Assembly (NCBI GenBank): GCA_951406725.2
Contig: OX597826.1
Span: 9,052,001-9,116,000, forward strand
Length of the DNA stretch: 64,000 nt
Reading direction: 5' to 3'
From: Octopus vulgaris
Taxonomy: Eukaryota
In this document: piece by piece, positions 26,090-39,305 of the stretch
Layout of the letters: each line of letters opens with the position of its first letter
How positions within the stretch are numbered: the first letter of the stretch is position 1
Program-made: the position numbers and the translations under genes
Notes under the pieces: generated by a model
What the model was told of the DNA's origin: nothing
The model's database searches: none
What the model saw: only the letters and a program-made list of their open reading frames with translations

Positions 26090-27970
26090 GGAGATTTGGC
26101 TACTATTTCTAACATGCCAAGCAGCCATCAGTGGGTATTATTGTTTAGCTCTGATTGGACAGACTTTTGAGAAAAGCCATTTTAGTAGTGATCATTATCT
26201 CATCTTTATTTCATTTTATGCATACTGTATTCCAGAATACACTATCTAAAATTTCCTAATTTGAAGAGAGATTTGACTGCTATTTCTTGCAGGTTGAGAG
26301 ACCACATAGAGGCTCACGTGGCTCAATATCTCCTTGACACCAATGAAACAACAAAAGATATGGGTTTTTTTTCCTTTTTAGCTGTGAGAGAGCATTTTGT
26401 TGCTATTTCTAGCAAGTTGAGTGACCATATAGAGGCTCTCTCCGATGTTAGCTCAAAATTTCTGTTTATCACCAAAGAAATAACTTAATGAATTTATCCT
26501 TCTCAACTGTGAGAGTTGAAGAATTTGGATGCTATTTCTAGCAAGATGAGAAATCATATAGTCTCCCTCTCTCTCTCTTTCTCTCTCTTTGGCTAAGTAT
26601 TTCTTTGTTTGCCATCAAAGAAGTGACAATAGATATAGATTTATCTTTGCTAACTGTTAGAAAAAGGTTTGGTTGCTATTTCTAGCAAGTAGAGAGACAA
26701 TATACAGGGTGCAGCGAATATGTTGTCTAAATTACACAAAAATGAAAATAACATTGACATCTCATTTTAACTGATATATTTACCAAAATTACATAAAAAT
26801 GTCTTGAAATATTAAAAAGTAAATTTATTCAGTAAAATCACCATTGGCTTCAACCATGGCCTCCAGATGACTTTGGAATCTACTGCAACTCTTCTGGATG
26901 GTCTCCTTATTTAAGTTAGTGAATGCTGTCATAATCTTTGCCTTCAATTCATCTTTGGTGTTACAAGGGAGTTTGGTTGGTCTCTTGCTCAACTGTTCCC
27001 CACACAATAATAAAGGGGGTTGCAATCTGGAGTGTTGTTATGTGGCCAGATGTTAGGGGTGATGTGGTTTCAGGAATTCTCTGACAGCCATGACTGGGTT
27101 CTTCTGATTGTATGGCATGGTGTAGAGTTCTGTTGCCAGACATAGGGCCTTCCGGCAACTACCCTCTTGACCCAGGGCAGCATTACCTCCTCCAGGTAGA
27201 GGCCATGTAGGAAAATGAATGGAAGCATAACATCACCATTACTAGTGATCACTCCAAACACCATGATGTTGACTGGATGGTTGATTTGTATCACTCTTGG
27301 TACATGTTTTGGGGACTCAGCAACCCAATGGTTGTTTTGTGTGTTCACCATCCCTGCCAGAAATTTTTCTTATCTGAAAAATACTTCATTATCAACAATG
27401 AAACAACAATAGATATGGGTTTATCCTTCCTAACACTGAGCGAGAAGAATCTGGCTGCTATTTCTAGTGAGTAGAGAGACCGTATACAGGCTGTCTCCAT
27501 TATTTTTTCAATATTTCTACATCATCGATGAAAAAATGATGTGGATTAATCTTTCTTAAAAGTGGAAGAGAAGAATGTGATTACTATTTCTAGCAGGTTG
27601 GGAGACTACATAGAATCTCAATCCCTCATTAGTTCAATATTTCTTTACTTGTCCCCAATGAAGAAATTATATGGGTTTATCCTTCCTAATAGTCGAGAAG
27701 AATTTGGCTGCTATTTCTAGCACGCTGAGAGATCACATAGAAATTCTCCTTGTTATTGACTCAGTATTTCTTTGTTCTTAATGAAGAAACAATAGACATG
27801 AATTCATCCTTCCTAACAGTGGAAGAGAAGAATTCAGCTGCTATTTCTAGCAGGTTGGGATACCACATAGAGGCTCTCTCTCTCTGTCATTGGTTTAATA
27901 TTTCTTTGTTTGTCACCAACGAAGCAACAATAGATATGGATTTATCCTTCCTAACAGTGGGAGAGAACAA
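26090..27970 (+). repeat. degenerate tandem array, ~125-140-bp unit, ~9 units, split by a maT insertion
   Basis: GCTATTTCTAGCA.GTTGAG.GACCA.ATAGA recurs at ~26103, 26281, 26404, 26533, 26677, 27459, 27585, 27713 and 27843. Confidence 0.85.
26705..27352 (-). mobile_element. second DD37D/maT remnant (one TIR)
   Basis: TA followed by the CAGGGTGCAGCGAATATG terminus. Peptides HPVNIMVFGVITSNG, GRPYVWQQNSTPCHT and LEAMVEANGDFTE; paralogous to 18784-19654. Confidence 0.85.
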
Positions 27971-28049
27971 ACTTTGTCAAACGCCATAACCATGGAACAT
28001 TCCTTTCATAGTGGTTGGGTGGTGGTGCTGCTGCTGCCTCTGGGATAAT

Positions 28050-28200
28050 TTACATTCCACAGCCTTGGAATCATCTGACAGAATTGGAAATTCCATATAT
28101 GTGATGTGTGTGTGAAGTGGAGATGGAATCTATTCCAAAATTTGTCTCCAAGAATGTCAAGCATCTGGTCTCCCTCCCTCGTTCCTTCCATACCACCGTT
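28050..28200 (-). mobile_element. possible CR1/L2-group LINE C-terminal scrap
   Basis: ORF 28006-28191 contains HIWNFQFCQMIPRLWN, resembling the (F/Y)..R.I..WN end of CR1-group ORF2. Confidence 0.35.
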
Positions 28201-28913
28201 TGTCTGTTGACTGTTGTCTGCAGACTGTTCTCCGCTCCCACCTCTGGCGTTGTCTTGTTAGTCATCTTTGGTCTGCAGGGATTACTCCCTCACACAAACA
28301 CCCATACTCATGCCTCTGGCTCTGTCCTTTTGTGTGTGTGTGTGTGTGGAGGGGGAAACACTTAAAGAGAAGTTGTAACTAACTAACTAGTGGTGGTGTT
28401 GGTTAGGGTTGTGGTGGTGATGTTATTTAGTGGAAAACCAGGATTTTTAAAGAAAATAGAAACAAATGTTGAGTGAACAATATTATGTATGTAGCCATTT
28501 GTGTGTGTGTGTGTATGGTTATAAATGAGTGTATTGTACATGTAGAAATAAGATGGATTGAATAAAGGGTTAGTGGATTCCATTTTTCACTGGGCACATG
28601 GCTTATTTGAATTTATTCCACTTCATGAAAGTTTGAAGTTGCTGCCAGTAGAATTGTGAAATATATATAATACAGGCACATCCATTCAAAACACACACAC
28701 ACACACACACGTGTGTGTGTGTGTGTGTGTGAGTGTGTGTGTGAGAGTGTGTGTGCAACCTTTCATTTTGCCAGCCTCTGTCAAACCATTCAACCCATGC
28801 TTGCATGGAGAATGGATGATTATATATTCTCTCTTGCATCATCATCATCCTTCAACATCCATTTTCCATGCTGGCATGGGTTGGACCTAGCATATGAGTG
28901 TATGTGTGTGTAC

Positions 28914-28950
<37 letters not shown>

Positions 28951-29790
28951 AGTACACACATATACATAACTTGAGGTTGTCATCTGAATAGTTAAGAACT
29001 GCAGGAATGTGTCGTACCCTGTGACTAATCTAACAGCATCATAGTAAACTGCTTACAAGGACAAAGGTAATTTTTTTTTTTTTAGCGAGAGGAAATCATA
29101 GAGGCAAAAAATTATTGGACCAGGCTATAAGTACCTTTTGGATTCATGCCCAAAAGAGGTACCACGAATGCAATAATCCTAAGAACAACTTCAGAAGAAA
29201 TATTTAGCTATGCGTAAACCACATTGCTTGGCATTTATTGACATGGAGAAGGCCTTTGACAGGGTTTCATGCTTTATAATCTGGTGGTCATTAAGAAAAC
29301 TAGGTGTAGAGGAATAGTTTGTAAGGTTTTTGTACAAAGGTGCATTAAATAAAGTCAGTCAACAATGAATTCAGCAATGAACATAGTATGATGGTAGGAT
29401 AGGTCAAGGCTCAGTCTCCATCTGTTTTCATAGACCTGTAGGCTATCATAGAGGTGTTTAAGACAAGCAGTCCTCAAGAGTTCCTATATGCTGATGATTT
29501 AGTTTTTATAGCTGAATATATAGTGGAATTAGAAACATCATTGTTGTTTATCATCCATTTTCTGTGCTTGCATGAGTTGGACTGTTTGACAGGAGCTGGC
29601 CCAGTTCTAGGAGCGGAGGGGATGGCCATAAAGGACATATCTGTATATATGGATGACTGTGGTTTTGCTTAGCTTGATGTGCAGAAAACCACCCCAAGTT
29701 CTAGTTCCTTGTCATCTTAGTGAGGTCCAGTGTCTGAAGATCCTTTCTCACCACTTCATCCCATGTCTGCCTGGGTCTATCACTTCCACA

Positions 29791-30018
29791 TATTTCTTTA
29801 CTACCCACAAGAGGCTAAACACAGAAACAAGGACGGACAAACGGATTAAGTCGATTATATCGATCCCAGTGCGTAACTGGTACTTAATTTATTGACTCCG
29901 AAAGGATGAAAGGCAAAGTCGACCTCGACAGAATTTGAACTCAGAATGTAACGGCAGACGAAATACGGCTACGCATTTCGCCTGGCGTGCTAACGTTTCT
30001 GCCAGGTTGCTGCCTTTT
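29791..30018 (-). mobile_element. SINE family B with 21-bp TSD, inside a minus-strand RTE C-terminal fragment (~29680-30130)
   Basis: CCTGGGTCTATCACTTCCACA at 29770-29790 and 30019-30039. The host fragment encodes RYGHVMRM...GRPR-type residues. Confidence 0.9.
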
Positions 30019-30480
30019 CCTGGGTCTATCACTTCCACAGATTCCCTCCACAATCAGAGAACAGCACATCTTTAAGCAGCTGTTCACATCCATACGCATC
30101 ACATGACCATACCGGTGCAGTCTTGGGAGCAAAAACTAGAATCGAGAGTCTTCCATGTAAACGTAGTAATGACCAAACTGTTTAATATGTAAGAAAGAAA
30201 AGGAAGTACCCTGTTATCACCAGGGAAATGGCCTGCTCAGTATGCAGGAAAGTAGATGTAGCCTACATGTGTTGTACCTACTGAAAGCTACAGCTACATG
30301 AGATATAGTGGAATCACAGGCAGACTAACAAAGAAAGTAAGCTTTGTGTGAGGCTGATGCACTGGAACAATATGCATAAGAACACACCAGAAATAGACAC
30401 TCTGGAATGCGTTGCTGGTTTAGTAACCGTCAATACCTAGGTGACATAATTAAGTGGAAAGATGATTGTTAAGAAGGACA

Positions 30481-30909
30481 GCATCACGTGATGCAGTTTA
30501 CCTTAGTAGAAGGTAGTAACTCCAGATAAGAAATGATTTGGGCAGTGACAATCCATCCAGACCATGCTAGCATGCAAACATAAATATATAGGCATAGGAG
30601 TGGCTGTGTAGTAAGTAGCTTGCTTACCAACCACATGGTTCTGGGTTCAGTCCCACTACGTGGCACCTTGGGCAAGTGTTTTCTACTATAGCTTCGGGCC
30701 GACCAAAGCCTTGTGAGTGGATTTGGTAGACGGAAACTGAAAGAAGCCCGCCATATATATGTATATATATGTGTGTGTGTGTGTGTGTGTCTGTGTTTGT
30801 CCCCCAACATCGCTTGACAACAGATGCTGGTGTGTTTACGTCCCCGTAACTTAGCGGTTTGGCAAAAGAGACCGACAGAATAAGTACTAGGCTTCCAAAG
30901 AGTAAGTCA
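30481..30909 (+). repeat. near-identical inverted copy of 33652-34093 (unique flank plus SINE A lacking its tail)
   Basis: ORFs 30484-30810(-) and 33753-34091(+) are almost identical. Both copies share private SINE variants (GTGTAGTAAG, GGCTTCCAAAGAGTAAG). Confidence 0.9.
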
Positions 30910-32383
30910 GGATAAGAGCAGATTAGAGAAAGTTTAGGAAGCTAATATTTCTGCTGGCAATGAAGGTCTTCATACATTCTACCTCTCCCTCAGAGGGAAG
31001 GGTTGAGCATATGATGTGTTAGAACTTTGGATTGCAATGCTGCATGATAGTGAGATGTGGGCTGTGAATGCAGAAGACTTGTAAAAGCTAGACTTGGAAC
31101 AAAGTGATAGAGGCTGATGCCATGCAGAAAAGATGACAAAGGACTGTGTTGATGATATGCAGTGCATATCATCACCATCAATACACACCATGTACCCACA
31201 GCAGTATGTACCCTGACACAAGCACAGTGTTTAGACAGTGCAATATTTTCTCCCCTATCAAGCCTACATTTGAGGCCACCACAACTTACATCCTTGATTG
31301 CTCCATCTACCTATTCATATGTAGCTAGAGAGTTGGGTGGATCTAGTGTAGTGAGAAGGCTGCACTTTTAGTGGGGTGGCACCACTTTTGGGTCTGCTGT
31401 AGGCAATATGTATTTTTTACGTGGAGGCCCAGGAGCAGCAAACTGAAGGGCTGCCCCATATGGCACACACTCTAGCTATGCTAGTGTATTCACACTTTTC
31501 TTCCTCTCTCTTGTCTTCTTATCCATCGTAGCCACCTATTTGTCACCTCTATACCACCTGTATTGACTACACCATCCTCATTACTCTGTTTCTCACACTC
31601 AATAGGCCTATATATATAAATATATAGGAAGCTGCAATAGTCTACCGTCATCACCCCCTCTTGAATATATTCTAACCCCATCCTACTGTGCTGTCATCTA
31701 CCTCTCCTCTTTCTCTCCCTTCTGAAGCACCTCTTTTGCCAACCTTCACCTACGCTTTTATCTCTTCACTCACCTCTCTACTTTTGTTCACCTCTGCCAT
31801 TGCCAATCACACCCCTACTGACACTACCCTCTAAAATCCCTGCCTTTTTCCTATCATACTCTTACTTCTTCCACCCGTTCTGGTCCTCTTGATGTCATTG
31901 CTCTCTCACCTATTCCCCTCCTTGGACACCTGAGCAAAGGTATACAACCTAGGTTATTGAGTACTCTTTATACCTACACTAATTTAATCCTACCTACTTT
32001 CTCAAATATCCATTTCTATCCATCTTTTCCTCTCATTTTCCCCTCTTGGTCTACACACTTTAGGTTACAGAATATTCTCTACATTTACTGTATACAGGGT
32101 ATCCCACTTACCTTTCACACTATAAAGTGGTTGGCTAGTGAGCAGAGAAACCGTACAGCTGTTAGGTCCCTCATGAGCAAAAAGCACCCGGGACATTCTC
32201 TAAAGTGGTTGGTAATAGGAGAGTGATCTGACTCTAGAAACCAAGCTAAATGACATGCATGAGCACCAATCTATGGGACCAGTGGCTTCCAGTCGGAAGT
32301 GACTTGGATTATTGGAAAGTCGACGCAAAAGGATTATGATGAAGCTGTAGTTGACTCTGTATCTCCTGAGCTTTCATTCTACC

Positions 32384-32418
<35 letters not shown>

Positions 32419-32619
32419 TTTTTTCCTGGCTCTCTTCTTTATCTCCTTTCTGCTCTTCCTTGTTTCTCCTGGACTTTCCTCTAGTATTCGAAGAAGGAGT
32501 AAGTCCAGAATGTAATCTTTATATATATTTCCATTCTTCCTTACGCATCAACCTAATAATGGCTGTGAATGTCTCTTGTACTTTTGTTGCTTTTTTTGTG
32601 ATTTATATTTGCTTTACGT

Positions 32620-33070
32620 GTGTGTGTGTATAATGCATGTATATGTGTGTGTGTGTGTGTGTATAATGCATGTATATGTGTGTGTGTATGTATACATATA
32701 TATACACTGTTTGGATGCACAGGGAAAGAAAGATAAGTGAATAAATTGAAACTTCGAAAGATTCATAGAAGTGGCCAAATATATCTTGATATGTATATAG
32801 AAATGGATGTATATATATATATATATATATTTTTGTATGTATGAATGTGTATATATGTATGTATGTATGAATGTGTATATATGTATGTATGTATGAATGT
32901 GTATGTATGTATGAATGTGTATGTATGAATGTGTATGTATGTATGTATGTATGTATGTATGAATGTGTGTATGTATGAATGTGTATATATATATATGTAT
33001 GAATGTGTATATATATATGTATGAATGTGTATATATGTATGTATGTATGAATGTGTGTATATATATATAG
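32620..33070. repeat. compound (ATGT)n/(GTATGAATGT)n microsatellite
   Basis: Directly visible; explains the His/Ile/Thr/Tyr ORF 32603-33076. Confidence 0.9.
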
Positions 33071-33574
33071 TGTCATTTCTATATATGTATCAAGATAGAT
33101 TTGACCAGTTGCCTGAATCTCTCAAAGTTTCAATCTATTCACTTTTCTCTCTTTACTATATATATATGTGTGTGTGTATGTACGTAATTCCATTTCTGTA
33201 TTTTTATCAAGATAGAACCACCAATATTTATCTTACAACCATCAACTATCTTTGCACTTTCCTCACAACTAAATCATTAATAAAAATCTCCCTCTGACCA
33301 CTTTCTTTTTATATTTAAACTATTTATCAACAAGCTAAGATTATCCAGAGGACCCCCATGCATATCTATGTTTGTAGCTATGTGGCTAAGAAGTTTACTT
33401 TTGCAATGAAACAGTTCAGTGTTTGACCTTAGTATGTTGCTGCTTGGTCATGTATTTTCTGTTATAACCTCTGGTTGACCAGAACCTTGTAATTGAAATC
33501 TGGTAGACAGAAACTCAGTAGAAATGATTTGGATTTATGATCATCATAGCCATTATCATCATCATCGTTTTATT

Positions 33575-33772
33575 CTTTTATTCTTTTACTTGCTTCAGTC
33601 ATTTGACTGTGGCCATGCTGGAGCACCGCCTTTAGTCGAGCAAATCGACCCCAGGACTTACTCTTTGGAAGCCTAGTACTTATTCTATCGGTCTCTTTTG
33701 CCAAACCGCTAAGTTACGGGGATGTAAACACACCAGCATCGGTTGTCAAGCGATGTTGGGGGACAAACACAG

Positions 33773-33813
<41 letters not shown>

Positions 33814-33985
33814 CATATATATGGCGGGCTTCTTTCAGTTTCCGTCTACCAAATCCACTCACAAGGCTTTGGTCGGCCCGAGGCTATAGTAGAAGACACT
33901 TGCCCAAGGTGCCATGTAGTGGGACTGAACCCAGAACCATGTGGTTGGTAAGCAAGCTACTTACTACACAGCCACTCCTACGCCT
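33575..33985 (-). mobile_element. SINE family A, young full-length copy (CpGs retained)
   Basis: Full head and tail; likely donor of the 30481-30909 duplication. Confidence 0.9.
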
Positions 33986-35779
33986 ATATATTTATGTTTG
34001 CATGCTAGCATGGTCTGGATGGATTGTCACTGCCCACATCATTTCTTATCTAAAGTTACTACCTTCTACTAAGGTAAACTGCATCACGTGATGTAGTCCT
34101 TCATCTCATGATGTACTTTTATCTCAACATGGAAGTGGGTGTATGTATTTGTGCAAGGTGTCTCGTCTTTTTATGGCTGGTTGAGGTGTCATACAAAGCA
34201 CTGAGGTCATTATAATGGACTAAAGTTGCTACTCCAGCATGGCCACAAACCACTGACTGAAACTGGGGGAAAAATATATAAAAGGAAAACTTAACCAGAT
34301 TTCTGTTTGAGGATTTCTCTAAAAGGAAATTCCTTACATACTCTTTTTTACTCTTTTATTTGTTTCAGTCATTTGACTGCGGTCATGCTGGAGCACCGCC
34401 TTTAGTCAAACAAATCAACTCCAGGACTTATTCTTTATAAGCCTAGTACTTATTGTCAGTCTCTTTTGCCAAGCCGCTAAGTTTTGTGGATGTAAACACA
34501 CCAGCAGTGGTTGTCAAGCGATGCTGGGGGAACAAACACAGACACACACACAATGGGCTTCTTTCAGTTTCTGTTTACCAAATCCACTTACAAGACTTTG
34601 GTCAGCCTTAGGCTATAATAGAAGATACTTGCCCAAAGTGCCATGCAGTGGGATTGAACCCGGAACTTACCACACAGCCACCTCTGCGCCTACATGTCTA
34701 CATAACATGTAAATCTTTGCGATTCTTATTGGAAAATGAAACACATAATGGAAAATAAATAATACTAAAAAAAACTCCATTTTCCTCTTTTGTTTATTAA
34801 ACAACACTGCAAATAATATTTCCATAATCCTCAATTTTAATGTGTGTTTTGATTTACATAAAGCAGTAATAAAGGATACATATTGAATATAATAATGGAA
34901 TAAGCAGATGTGCTTCAAGAGGAAATAGCTGGGATTTACCCTAAACACTTATTTAATAAATGAATTGAGATGCATTTTATTTAAAATCATTCTGATACCA
35001 GTTCACCTGATATAACTTCTATGATTAAAAAATGCAAAAAAACTGTGTATTTTAATCTTTTAACATTCAGACTGCTGTGTTAAATGTAATACTTATTTAT
35101 TAACATTGTTTTGAATTAACCATGCATTATCTTGTAGCTATGAGATTTTGATGGTGTGATATTTTTTAGAATGACATTGTTAGGTAGGTATAAGAGACCT
35201 GATATGGCCAGTTTGAACTTAAAAAAGTAGAATATTTTGAGCTGGATATTGCTGATTTAAATGCTGAAAAGTTAAAACTTTCTTATCTAAATTAGGAGGC
35301 TAATTGGTAGTCATTAAGGCATCAGACAAAGTGCTTGCAGATTTTGTCCTGACTCTGTTCACCAAGTTCAAATGCCATCAACATCAACTTTTATTCTTTT
35401 GGGATCGTTAAACAAAGTTCCAGTCCAGTGTGATGGATTTGTGAAATTGTTTAAGTGTTAGTTGAGATATATATATATATATCATCATCATTGTTTAACG
35501 TCCGTTTTCCATGCTAGCATGGGTTGGACGGTTCGACCGGGGTCTGGGAAACCAGGAGGCTGCACCAGGCTCCAGTCTGATCTGGCAGTGTTTCTACAGC
35601 TGGATGCCCTTCCTAACACCAACCACTCCATGAGTGTAGTGCCAGGGGAGGCTGGCAACGGCCACGATCGGTTGGTGCTTTTTACGTGCCACTGGCACGG
35701 AAACCAGTCAAGGTGCGCTGGCATTGGCCACGTACGGATGGTGCTTTTTACATGCCACCGGCACAGGTGTATGTATATA

Positions 35780-35813
<34 letters not shown>

Positions 35814-36821
35814 CCACGTGGTATCTATTCTGGCTTTGAGTGTTCTGAGTTCAAATGTAGCTGTTACAGGGGGTGAAAAAAAAAAAATGGTAATGCTTCT
35901 GTCAGCAATTGGCAGCTAAAAATATCAGCAACCGAAAAACTTAATGGTAGTTTAGTTTCTTTAGTTCAACCAAAATATCAGCCATGACGTATCTTGATTA
36001 AAACTTTCCTTCAGAATTTTATGTAAACATCTCTTATAAAGATATATGAGGCGATTAGTAAGAGTGTTGTACGCGCCACTCTGGCTGTTTTCGAGGAGAG
36101 TATATAATTTTCCTTGTCCCGACATCTAGAATCCGAAAAAGTTGGAAGAACCAATGAGGCTTGCAATAAGGTTGAAAATACTGTTAAAATAAATTCTACC
36201 TCAGTGCTATTGACACGACACTCAGCCACCCAAACTTGGACCAGAGAGCTGAGTAACACTCCATCGTTAGCACACACACTCAATCAATAACTTTGGTGTG
36301 GTCCCTGTATTGTTCTTTGAGGTGTTATGGCTCACTTTCTAACATTCCTCATTACCTCATTACCAATAATGGGCTATTATTTTACCATCTTGTCTTACTT
36401 ACCTTATGTATATTAGAACACAAATAGTACCTTGGAGGGAGCGGGGGTCTCTGTATGGTTTTTCTAGGTATCATGGCTAAAATATGCAATGTGATGCACT
36501 GTTTCATGGTACTGGTATATTCTACAAAGTGAGAGAGATGCAGTCATTGTTTCATCTTTCAGATGCATATATAAATAATTTTACATAGGCAGAAAAAAAA
36601 AAACGTAGGTGCTAGAATAGGTCAGTGGGCAGCACCTTTGGCAAGTGTCTTCTGCTATAATCCCAGGCTGACAAAAGCCTTGTGAGTGAATTTGGTAGAC
36701 AAAAACTAAAAGAAACCTGTTGAGTGTGTGTGTGTGTGTGTACCCTTGTCTTGACATTGATGGTTGTAAATAAACATCACCATCATACAAGTGATGTTGT
36801 TCGCTCCTAGTCTTCCATTAA

Positions 36822-37128
36822 CCCCTTACCCGGCAGAAATGAATATATTCGTTTTGACTGAAATCGTTTTTTCTATCTCTGGCGAGTTAACTCGTCAAAA
36901 GATAGACTCGCCAAAATCGACAGCAAATGAGTTCCTTCGTCTAAAAATGGGTTAACTCGTTTCTGCCCAAAGCGGTAATTTAAAATCAATATTATTGAAT
37001 TAAAATTCATAATAAATAAGGTTTGAAATATACCTCGAAATCACCATTCAAAACATAGTAAAATAAAACAATTAAAAAATATGTCTGAAAAAATACATTT
37101 ATTTTCAAAATAATTGTTGGGTAAGGGG
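36822..37128. mobile_element. piggyBac-like MITE, 307 bp
   Basis: TTAA at 36818-36821 and 37129-37132. TIRs CCCCTTACCCGGCA / TGTTGGGTAAGGGG. Splits a SINE tail. Confidence 0.88.
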
Positions 37129-37592
37129 TTAAAAAGGAAGGTCTTGCTATGGCAAAATATTGCATTACTTGCAAACGCGAGGGTTGATAACAGGAAGGGC
37201 ATCCAGCCATAAAAAAAACATACCAAATCAGACTGGAGTCTGGTGTAGCCCTCCAGCTTACCAACCCTCATCAAACCGTCCAACCCATCCAGCATGGACA
37301 ACGGATGTTAAATGATGATGATGATATTTAATTCAGAGAACATCTAAACAAATTAGAAATTGTTACCATATTTGATGGCATTTAAGACACAAAATGTCTC
37401 AAAAAGTTGCTCTGGTTCCTATGTGCAAATTTGGGTCTCTTACAAGGTTTAATGCACTAAAATCTCTTTTCCTGAATATGCACTATTGAAATTGGGTGCG
37501 TCTAATAATGCCCATGTGTCTTTTATGCCATCAAGTCTGGTCTTGTTCAGTGACTCATATCAATTTTATTATTTCAGCAATTATAGGAGTGA

Positions 37593-37636
37593 ACTTCAGA
37601 TATGTTTTAGTCTTGTTATGACTTCATCAGTGAAGC
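37593..37636 (-). ncRNA. minimal hammerhead motif (GAAA>AAAA)
   Basis: GCTTCA CTGATGA AGTC ATAACAA GACT AAAA CATA TC TGAAGT: 6-bp stem I and 4-bp stem II. Confidence 0.6.
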
Positions 37637-38112
37637 AGAGATTTCATCCTACCTGTCTATAGTTCACTGTAGCTTTACTTTTGTATGCTTTTTCTTTCTA
37701 TCTTTCGCAAGTTTGTCTATAGCTTTGCCTGCCTATATATGGTATAATCTATCTTTCAGTCTACAATAACATCGGTTTATAGTTTGCTGTGTCTGTCTAT
37801 AATTCTGTGTATGTCTAATTCTGTAAGTTTATAATTCTTTCTTTTAATCTGTAGTGGTGTCTGTCTAGCAAGTTACATATATAGTTGTTTGGCTGTCTAT
37901 ATATACTTCTCTCTTATTCTCTCTCTCTCTAGTAACTGTCACAATTACTTATGATGTAAAGAAATATGTATATTTGACTACATTTCATATTAAGTTTTAT
38001 ATCAGATGTTTTTAATCAATAGTCAAGATATATGCATATATATCAAACACCTATACAATACATACATATATACATACATCATACATATATATAGTCTGTA
38101 TAGATTTGTCTG

Positions 38113-38152
<40 letters not shown>

Positions 38153-38605
38153 CATATATATAAAGCTATCTAATTATTTTTCTTTATTCTTTTTTGTTTT
38201 CTTTGTTTATTTCTTTTGCTGACCAGTCTGATGATGATGCTCCAGCGCAGTCTTGGTCAATAATGGTTTAAGCAACATAAAGCTTTTTGTACATCAATCT
38301 GTCCATAGGCTCTCTCCATCTATTTCTTTTCATTACAGTTCATCATTTTCTAGTGTTCTCCTTCCCTATCGCTACCCCTCTCTCATTCTTTTAGAAAACC
38401 AAAAAAATGTTATTTCTAATTCCCAGCAGCAGTACTTTGTCTATTAACCATAGTTAACTTTACTGTATTTATATTTAGTATGTAGGATGTTTGCGTTAGG
38501 TATTTTTCCTGAGCTACATTATTGGTATTTATAATCAGCACCACAACATTGCCTTGGCACTATGTACTTTTTCTTGAGAAATTCTAATTAATTTTCATCT
38601 GTATA

Positions 38606-38687
38606 CACCTGATGAAAATGATTTTTTTCTTTGCATGATGTAACACTTCTGTCATTAATAAAAAGCATGTCTGAAACACCTGTAGTG
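38606..38687 (+). ncRNA. hammerhead motif with long, decayed stem II
   Basis: CAC CTGATGA [57 nt imperfect hairpin] GAAA CACCTG TA GTG, followed shortly by (TA)n. Confidence 0.5.
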
Positions 38688-39265
38688 AACCACAATCTAT
38701 TGGTTGTTATTGTCTGTCTGTATATATATATATATATATCATCATCATCATCGTTTAACGTCCGTTTTCCGTGCTAGCAAGTGTTGGATTGTTTGACTGG
38801 TGTCTGGGAAGCCAGGAGGCTGCACCAGGCTCCAGTCTAATCTGGCAGTGTTTCTACAGCTGGATGCCCTTCCTAACGCCAACCACTCCGAGAGTGTAGT
38901 GGGTGCTTTTTACGTGCCACCGGCATATACATACGACAAGTGACTGAGATCTTTGGTGATACACTGTGCCTGAGGAGACTCCTCAAGCCAAGTGAAATTG
39001 TAGTTGTGACTGTTGCCAGTGTCATGTAAATGGCACCCACGAAATCATAGTCATGGCCATTGCCAGTGTGATGTATATGGCACTCCTGCCAGTGGCACAA
39101 AAAATTACCCATCACACTCTTGGAGTGGTTGGTGTTAGGAAGTGCATCCAGTCATAGAAATTATGACAAATCAGACTGGAACCTGGTGCAGTTTTCCAGT
39201 TTATCAGTTCCAGTCAAACCATCTAACCCATGTCAACATGGAAAGCAGATGTTAACAGATAATGA

Positions 39266-39305
<40 letters not shown>

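Larger units (their letters stand above)
29030..31140 (+). pseudogene. fragmented RTE-clade reverse transcriptase remnant with nested insertions
   Basis: FGFMPKRGTTNAI (~29138), AFIDMEKAFDRV (~29231), EFLYADDLVFIAE (~29478) and MLHDSEMWAV (~31037), with many stops and frameshifts. Confidence 0.85.

Noticed and set aside
36011-36283. 90-aa ORF in non-repetitive, CpG-containing sequence
   Set aside because: Non-ATG start, no domain recognised and no splice structure; more likely an unclassified TE piece.
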